The translations under genes were made by a program, and so were the position numbers. DNA of 64,000 nucleotides, taken from IMG/VR virus record IMGVR_UViG_3300009873_000004, positions 1-64,000 of that record; one strand, 5' to 3'. Shown here one piece after another: positions 62,203 through 64,000 of the stretch. The stretch is from a virus (taxonomy: Duplodnaviria; Caudoviricetes). The notes beneath the pieces were generated by a model. It did no database searches. It had not been told where the DNA came from and saw only the letters and a list, made by a program, of their open reading frames with translations. Every line of letters begins with the position of its first letter. Within the stretch, counting starts at the first letter, position 1.

Positions 62203-62684
62203 GCACCCTGCAAGGCGACATTGAAGACTGTATCCGCGAACTGCGCGAGCGCATTGAAGAGAACCCGGACGAGAGGGAGCCGCACGATTGGATCCACGAG
62301 ATCGCTGACTCGAACGTTCCAATCTACTATTCCGACATCCTCCAGTATGCCGCCGATGACATCGACCTGGCAACGGCCGAGCCCGAGATTGGCCCGGCCT
62401 TTGACGGCTCGCCCACGCCGATCAACGTCATCGCCGCCAACATTTTCGACCGGCTGGAAGAGGCCCTCTGGGAAGAGTGGCGCAGGTTTGAAGACCAGCG
62501 CGACGAAGCGCCCGAATGCGCCATCTGCTACGAGAAGGTCTTCGAGTGGCAGGACTCGATCGTCTGCACCGTTGCCGACTGCGAGGAGGTCATTCACCAG
62601 GACTGTGACACCCCCAAAACACCCGACCCCTATTTCTGCGACACCCACCTGCCCGAGGAACCCGATGACGACGAAACTGACTAA
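62199..62684 (+). CDS. ocr: Ocr (T7 gp0.3)-like DNA-mimic anti-restriction protein with C-terminal Zn finger
   Basis: HDWIHEIADSNVPIYYSDIL...IDL...IFDRL...LWEE matches the T7 Ocr core [20 protein letters not shown]...IDL...IYEQL...LWED; acidic; RBS AAGGAG. Confidence 0.8.
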   Translation: MSTLQGDIEDCIRELRERIEENPDEREPHDWIHEIADSNVPIYYSDILQYAADDIDLATAEPEIGPAFDGSPTPINVIAANIFDRLEEALWEEWRRFEDQRDEAPECAICYEKVFEWQDSIVCTVADCEEVIHQDCDTPKTPDPYFCDTHLPEEPDDDETD

Positions 62685-62931
62685 AGACACCGCCCACGCC
62701 TCGATCGACCGCAACTTCGCCCGCGTCCAGGTCGGCGACCTGGTGCTGTGGTTCTCCTACCAGACCCTGATCGGCTTCTGGGACACCGAGAAGGTCGCCA
62801 TCCAGAACTACTGGAACAAGACGACCGGCAAGCACCTGAACACCTTCAGCGACAAGGCCGACCGGGTCAACCGGGAGACCTTCGACGCCAAGTGGGCCGA
62901 AGTGCTCAAGAAACACAAGCTGGTGGGCTGA
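62665..62931 (+). CDS. hypothetical phage early protein
   Basis: LWFSYQT.I.F...NYW..TTGKHLN. Confidence 0.7.
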   Translation: MTTKLTKDTAHASIDRNFARVQVGDLVLWFSYQTLIGFWDTEKVAIQNYWNKTTGKHLNTFSDKADRVNRETFDAKWAEVLKKHKLVG

Positions 62932-62932
62932 A

Positions 62933-63259
62933 ATGGAAGATTGGGTGAGAGATCGCGTTGAAAAGGCCCTGAAGACAGGCGTTACCGGCCCCAACCGGAT
63001 GAAGCCGCCCGAAGAACTGGAGGCGATCCGACCGCACATTCAGGGCTGGAAGACCTACGTCCTGCGCGTCCCCGATGAGGACAGTAACGGAGAATTGTCG
63101 GACTATGTCGACATCCAGGCCGTGGATGAAGACACCGCCATCCGCTACTTTCACGCAGGTTTTTTCCTGACCGACGCTCCTTACGAGATTGTGCGCCGCG
63201 AGGTGAACGAGACCATCATCGACGCCAGCGGCCCCATGAAACCCGGATTGGACCCATAG
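62933..63259 (+). CDS. hypothetical protein
   Basis: 108-aa ORF. Confidence 0.6.
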   Translation: MEDWVRDRVEKALKTGVTGPNRMKPPEELEAIRPHIQGWKTYVLRVPDEDSNGELSDYVDIQAVDEDTAIRYFHAGFFLTDAPYEIVRREVNETIIDASGPMKPGLDP

Positions 63260-63267
63260 GAGACCTT

Positions 63268-64000
63268 ATGACCCACAACCGCTATGAAGAGATCCTGCCC
63301 AAGCTGAGAGGCCGCCAGGGCATGGCCCCCAGCCGCAAGCTGGAGAACAACACCTACGCCATTCAGGGCGAGGACGAGATCGAAGTGCGCCTGCACGGCC
63401 ACACCATCCTGGTGCTCTATCCGGACAGCTCCGTGAAATACGATAGCTGTGGCTGGAAGACCGTCACCACTAAGGCCCGGCTCAACCGCTACGGCCAACC
63501 AGGCGTCGTCATCTCCCAGAAGGGCGGCCAATGGTTCATCGGCAAGGGTGGCTACCGGAACGAAGCCGACTGGATCCCCTTTGAAGACGGCATGACGATT
63601 GGGCCAGGCGGCCAGTTGCCCCTTCCCAGCCAACCGGCCGTCGACGCGAAGACCCTGCGCAAGCAGGTGAAGAAATACGTCAAAGCCTTCATGGTGGCCC
63701 TGACCACCGGCCAGGTGAACGTCCCCGGCCCCGGCGACTGCTTTTACTGCGCCATGGTCACAGAAGACGGCCAGACGCTGGGCGAAGCCAGCCACGGTTC
63801 CGACCACCTCCAGAGTCACATCGAGCAGGACTACTTCGTGCCTTCGCTCCTGGTGCGCGCCCTGGAGGTCATGCCAACCTCAATTGCCGCCAGGCACAAC
63901 GTCTGGGCTTACATGCAGCAGGCCGACGCGGACCAGTTCTATCCGGCTGCGGACTTCCTCGACAAGCAGATCGAGAAGGCCCTCTGCCGCTACGTGCTGC
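63268..64000 (+). CDS. hypothetical phage early protein, truncated by the window end
   Basis: RBS AGGAG; KLENNTY...VRLHGH.I...GWKTVTTKARLN; no stop before 64000. Confidence 0.75.
   Translation, partial: MTHNRYEEILPKLRGRQGMAPSRKLENNTYAIQGEDEIEVRLHGHTILVLYPDSSVKYDSCGWKTVTTKARLNRYGQPGVVISQKGGQWFIGKGGYRNEADWIPFEDGMTIGPGGQLPLPSQPAVDAKTLRKQVKKYVKAFMVALTTGQVNVPGPGDCFYCAMVTEDGQTLGEASHGSDHLQSHIEQDYFVPSLLVRALEVMPTSIAARHNVWAYMQQADADQFYPAADFLDKQIEKALCRYVL

Noticed and set aside
1-64000. tRNA, rRNA, tmRNA, DNA polymerase, helicase or primase genes
   Set aside because: None recognised; replication genes presumably lie outside the window

Overview
The window is a 64-kb piece of a GC-rich tailed dsDNA phage (Caudoviricetes, long tape measure, siphovirus-like); the host cannot be determined from sequence alone. 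There are three blocks. (1) 28-1667 (+): a XerC/D-type tyrosine recombinase with two small ORFs. (2) 1842-47567 (-): the late arm. In transcription order it holds an HTH protein, RusA, a TerS candidate, intein-bearing TerL, an HNH, a portal fused to a MuF-like domain, a 10.5-kb cluster of about 7 glycosyltransferases, 2 SAM methyltransferases and a B12-radical-SAM enzyme, then protease, decoration protein, capsid, accessory fibres, neck, holin, tail tube, a -1 frameshifted chaperone, tape measure, hubs, tail fibre and endolysin. (3) A divergent, repeat-rich non-coding region (47.6-48.9 kb) followed by about 45 small + strand early genes, including an Ocr-like protein. The four best leads are: (a) two free-standing HNH elements that inserted about 11-12 codons into a conserved gene and supply a recoded replacement N-terminus, leaving the old 5' end orphaned; (b) a TSGS tetrapeptide found 20 times, with varied codons, in 8 virion proteins, a candidate sequon for the phage's own glycosylation cluster; (c) an Ocr-like DNA mimic fused to a PHD-like Zn finger, beside a second C4HC3 finger protein; (d) several families of regulatory repeats and a leading region free of GATC, TCGA and CCWGG. 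All family assignments come from motif recognition by eye; no database searches were run.
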